From Octopus sinensis (Eukaryota), in contig NC_043019.1 in the NCBI RefSeq assembly GCF_006345805.1, positions 23,311,360 through 23,375,359 of the forward strand: a stretch of 64,000 nucleotides of DNA. The letters run 5' to 3'. Under the pieces are notes generated by a model, which ran no database searches, was not told the DNA's origin, and saw nothing but the letters and a program-made list of their open reading frames with translations. Shown piece by piece: positions 60,601 to 64,000 of this stretch (positions are counted from its first letter, which is position 1; every line of letters starts with the position of its first letter). Made by a program: the position numbers and the translations under genes.

Positions 60601-62315
60601 GAGAAGCACCATCCGAAGATCAAACCAAGGTTTTTATTGAAATGGCCTCCAAATATTTTACCTCTCACCCCACAGATGTCATTGGTAAGTCATCACAAGT
60701 TCTGTTGTTGCTATATTTCTTAGAAAATACACTCACCAATGCACAAATGAGGGGAAATGCTTACATTTGTACTCACTTCTACGAAAGTTGTGATGTCATT
60801 TTATTCCCCTACCTTTTGTGCATTTCCCCTCATTTTTGTCTTTGAAACTATGTAGAACAGGAGATCCTTTAGTTAAGAAACAGGTAAAAATTAGTAGCAA
60901 TAAAGGTATCTGGCTGTTAGACAATACCTTAATAATACATTCCTCTAAACCAGTGGTTTGCAATCATTTTTTGCTATGGACCCCTTTCATTTCTATTCTG
61001 TTCTATCCCCAAAGCCATTTGATGTTTAAAAACGCTTTATATATGTTTCTTTCAAAATTACTATTTTATTACACATTAACTTGTGTATTGTTGAACTATG
61101 TAAAGCATTAGAGAAAGAAACCTAATAGTTTCTTGCAAAAAATACATCCAAAGTAATTTTTTTCATGGGCCCTGAAAATACTGCTGTGGACCCAATTTAC
61201 TACTTTGCTTGTGTGGAACCCCCACCTCCCCACCAAAGTCTTACATAGACCCAGGTTGAGAACTACTGATTGAAACCATTCTAGCATGAAAAAAACAACA
61301 AAACAAAACATGTAAAACAAACAAAAGATAATTTTGTTTCCTTTATTTTTCTGGTTGTTTAGGTGTTCATTGTACACATGGCTTCAACAGAACTGGTTTT
61401 CTTATTGTTGCCTACCTTGTTGAAAAAGAGTCCTGGAGGTAAGTGCTTGTTTTTTTTTTTTATGACCAATATGTTTTTCTCCCTTCACACAGTCAGAGAT
61501 TTAGGGATATCCTCATCAAGAAATTTGATGAGAGGGAAGAGGAGCTACAGACATTGGGCATAGAAGGTAGCTGGAAATTCCTACGGGACAGCTTGCTGAA
61601 TGCCACAGACCAAGTCTGTGTATGGTGCAAAGTCCCTTCCAGACCCAGAGTTACGTGGTGGTGGAATAGTACAGTAGACAAAGCCATTAGGGCAAAGAAA
61701 CAGGCCTGGAAAGTCTGGAAGGATGGTGGTAGCAGGGAACGGTACCAGGTAGCCAGAAGGAAGGCTGGGTGGCAGGTATACATAGCCAAGAGTGAAGTGG
61801 AAAAGAAGAAGTTTGCCAATGTCCAGAGACGTGAGAACCAAAGAACTGAGGTATTTCGGATTGCAAGACAGTGTGTGAGAGAAAATTGTGATGTCACAGG
61901 AGAGAAATGTGTTCGAATGGATGATGGTGCACTTGCTTTTAGTGATTCTGAAAAGAAAGCGGCTTGGAGAAGCCACTATGAAAGACTGCTGAATGTGGAG
62001 AATGAATGGGAGGAGGAGAGCCTTCCAAATGTTGACCCAGTAGAGGGACCAGCTATCCCAATAGACAGCTCCCTAGTAGATAAAGCAATTAAGGGTATGA
62101 AGCCACAAAATTTCAGGCTTTGTGCCTTTAGTAGAAAGGATTATTATTATTATTATTATCATTATTCAGTAGTTTTATTTTTATAGCGTGCTTTCACTTC
62201 ACTACCGAGTGCAGCTCTGTGTGCCTTGGGTATGTGCTGTGGTTTGTTGTGATGCTCTGATGGTTATTGTATGGAAAGTATTCTGCGTAGGATGTGTGCA
62301 GTGCCTAGTAGTGCA

Positions 62316-62394
<79 letters not shown>

Positions 62395-63427
62395 GGCCCT
62401 TTGTTTTGTATTTCCAGTGTTGATGCTGCTATACAGGAGTTTGCTAAAGTAAGTGACATAATCTATTTTACTTGTAACTTGCTTTCAATATCCCTCTGTC
62501 TCTCCTCTCACTCTCTCTCTCTCTCTTTAACTAGCTTTCTATCCATCTTAACTTCATCAAGTGTATTTATAATAATCATTTTGTCTGCTGCTGCTGCTGT
62601 TGTCTTTCTTCCTCTTCTTTCCTTCTCTCTTCTTCATCTCCCCTTCTCTCTCTCTCTCCCACTTTTCCTCCTTTTCTATCTTTCACCTACCTTTGGCTGT
62701 CTATAATCTTGGTCTCTTCCTCACATTCTGTTTATCAATTTACATCTCTCTTGTTCTCTCTCTCTCTCTCTCTCTCCCCCCTCTCTCAGTCCTCCTCTCT
62801 TGTGTATGCCTTCTGTCCATCTGTCTACCTATCTATTTCTTTACTGCCCACAAGGGGCTACACACAGAGGGGACAAACAAGGACAGACAAATGGACTAAG
62901 TCGATTATATCGACCCCAGTGCGTAACTGGTACTTATTTAATCGACCCCAAAAGGATGAAAGGCAAAGTTGACCTTGGCGGAATTTGAACTCAGAACGTA
63001 GTGGCAGACGAAATACCGCTAAGCATTTTGCCCAGCGTGCTAACGTATCTGCTAGCTCACCGCCTGTCTACCTATCTATCTTCTTGTTTATGTTTCTCTT
63101 TCTTCCTTTCTCTCAATCCTCCTCTTTCATGTATGCAAGTCTATCTGTCTACCTACCTCCTATCTACCTGTTTCTTTCTCCCTCATTCCCCACTTTTCCA
63201 TCACCTCTCTCTTTTTCTCTTTCCTCCCAATACATTAACCTATCCATTTTCTCAAGCAGCTCTATATTCTCTGTCTCAAACCTATCCATACACGAAAAAA
63301 CCATTTTCTCTCTTTCAGTGCCGTCCTCCCGGAATATACAAACAGCATTATATCAATGATTTATTTCACCGTTATGGAGATAAAGAAGACATAATCTCTG
63401 CTCCTATTCTACCTGATTGGTGTCAGG
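54593..63427 (+). CDS. RNGTT: mRNA capping enzyme RNGTT, N-terminal RNA triphosphatase domain (7 coding exons in window, gene continues past 64000)
   Basis: Spliced product [33 protein letters not shown]...[10 protein letters not shown]...[14 protein letters not shown]...RPPGIYK...LPDWC matches metazoan RNGTT as I recall it; HCxxxxxR phosphatase motif; all phases consistent. Confidence 0.96.
55179..55665 (+). mobile_element. Non-autonomous Helitron-like element
   Basis: A|TCTATATATATAAA start; GCAAAGCCGGGCAATACTG-CTAG|T end. Confidence 0.5.
56291..56400 (+). CDS. RNGTT: RNGTT coding exon 2 ([14 protein letters not shown]...KHYN)
   Basis: TTTCCAG/GTAAGA boundaries. Confidence 0.94.
56758..56968. 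mobile_element. TTAA-flanked piggyBac-like MITE
   Basis: TTAA-CTCTTTCGTTACC ... GGTATCAAAAGGG-TTAA; related pieces at 28880-29042, 49190-49345, 56965-57440; a different TTAA family at 19288-19510 and 8500-8620/10172-10278. Confidence 0.55.
58012..58115 (+). CDS. RNGTT: RNGTT coding exon 3 ([16 protein letters not shown]...KLKCRG)
   Basis: ACACAG/GTAATA boundaries. Confidence 0.94.
59459..59656. mobile_element. Tc1/mariner-like MITE with long TIRs
   Basis: About 50-bp imperfect inverted repeats AGTCTGC.AAAAAAATGTATAC.CACTTCAGGAAAGGAAAAAATCTG in TA context. Confidence 0.65.
60129..60371. mobile_element. Tc1/mariner-like MITE
   Basis: 27-bp TIRs CAGGGTTGGCCAAAACTCACCCGACAG (4 mismatches) with TA target duplication. 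Confidence 0.75.
60596..60684 (+). CDS. RNGTT: RNGTT coding exon 4 ([16 protein letters not shown]...DVI)
   Basis: CTTAG/GTAAGT boundaries. Confidence 0.94.
60951..61268. mobile_element. hAT-like MITE
   Basis: CAGTGGTTTGCAA ... GGTTGAGAACTACTG ends. Confidence 0.45.
61363..61438 (+). CDS. RNGTT: RNGTT coding exon 5 ([25 protein letters not shown]), catalytic loop
   Basis: TTTAG/GTAAGT boundaries; HCxxxxxR. Confidence 0.97.
61493..62105 (+). mobile_element. RTE-clade LINE internal fragment (endonuclease-RT linker), frame still open
   Basis: [24 protein letters not shown]...[34 protein letters not shown]...[10 protein letters not shown]. Confidence 0.85.
62167..62318 (-). mobile_element. 3' fragment of the same R4/Dong-like element in (TAA)n
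   Basis: [16 protein letters not shown] stop; same 3' UTR; TTA repeats on both sides. Confidence 0.7.
62418..62448 (+). CDS. RNGTT: RNGTT coding exon 6, 31 nt ([11 protein letters not shown])
   Basis: TTTCCAG/GTAAGT boundaries; resembles SIEAAVATFAQ. Confidence 0.9.
63319..63427 (+). CDS. RNGTT: RNGTT coding exon 7 ([20 protein letters not shown]...LPDWCQ)
   Basis: TTTCAG/GTAAGT boundaries. Confidence 0.95.
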
Positions 63428-64000
63428 GTAAGTCTTAAAAGAAATGACTTCAAATTTTTTAACCCACTTTTGATACCACCTAAGACCATCACTTCTAGTC
63501 TTTTCATTCCAAACTTCTAATTTTCTAGTATTTGTATTACTGACTGGCCTCTGCGCCAGTGGCACGTAAAAAGCACCATCCGATTGTGGGCCGTTGCCAG
63601 CCTCGTCTGGCCCCTGTGCTAGTGGCACATAAAAAGCACCATCCGATCGTGGCTGTTTGCCAGCCTCATCTGGCACCTGTGCAGGTGGCACGTAAAAAGC
63701 ACCCACTACACTCACGGAGTGGTTGGCGTTAGGAAAGGAATCCAGCTGTAGAAACACTGCCAGATCAGACTGGGCCTGGCGCAGCCTTCTGGCTTCCCAG
63801 ACCCCAGTTGAACCGTCCAACCCATGCTAGCATGGAAAACGGACGTTAAATGATGATGATGATGATGATGGTTTTTGTGTAAGAATCTTTAGCATAAACA
63901 ATGATACAGTTGATGCAAAAGAAGATATATTTGAAATGCATAGTTTCATCATCATCACCATCATCATCTTTTAACACCTTTTTTCCTTGTTGGCATGAGT

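Overview
Eukaryotic, AT-rich, microsatellite- and repeat-dense animal DNA. The repeat families look like those of a coleoid cephalopod such as Octopus; this is inferred from recognition, not from a search. Two housekeeping RNA-metabolism genes lie head to head. (1) A complete 20-exon DDX54/Dbp10 DEAD-box helicase on the minus strand: complement(join(1674..1867,2478..2629,3616..3726,4529..4633,7146..7288,8149..8355,11119..11192,12979..13114,14606..14697,15808..15957,18424..18634,19699..19830,20950..21133,22724..22819,23587..23628,25976..26025,27419..27607,28770..28840,29410..29542,32851..32901)). This is 2523 nt (840 aa), all phases are consistent, and intron 18 is a U12-type AT-AC intron. (2) The first seven coding exons of the mRNA capping enzyme RNGTT (RNA triphosphatase domain) on the plus strand from 54593, running out of the window. 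Introns and the spacer hold tRNA-derived SINEs, RTE/BovB-like, CR1-like and R4/Dong-like LINE fragments, Tc1/mariner remnants, MITEs, Helitron-like elements, a probable solo LTR and satellites. The most striking unexplained structure is a set of non-coding, Penelope/retrozyme-like elements carrying type I hammerhead ribozymes, sitting in (TA)n tracts. One is a 1.3-kb near-perfect fold-back palindrome with two outward-facing hammerheads (34539-35851). A second intact hammerhead family lies at 37500-37598. A perfect 96-bp hairpin lies at the 5' end of another such element inside DDX54 intron 5. A possible in-frame U2 bypass of the AT-AC intron (twintron-like) is also visible. All structures were read by eye; none was computed or tested.
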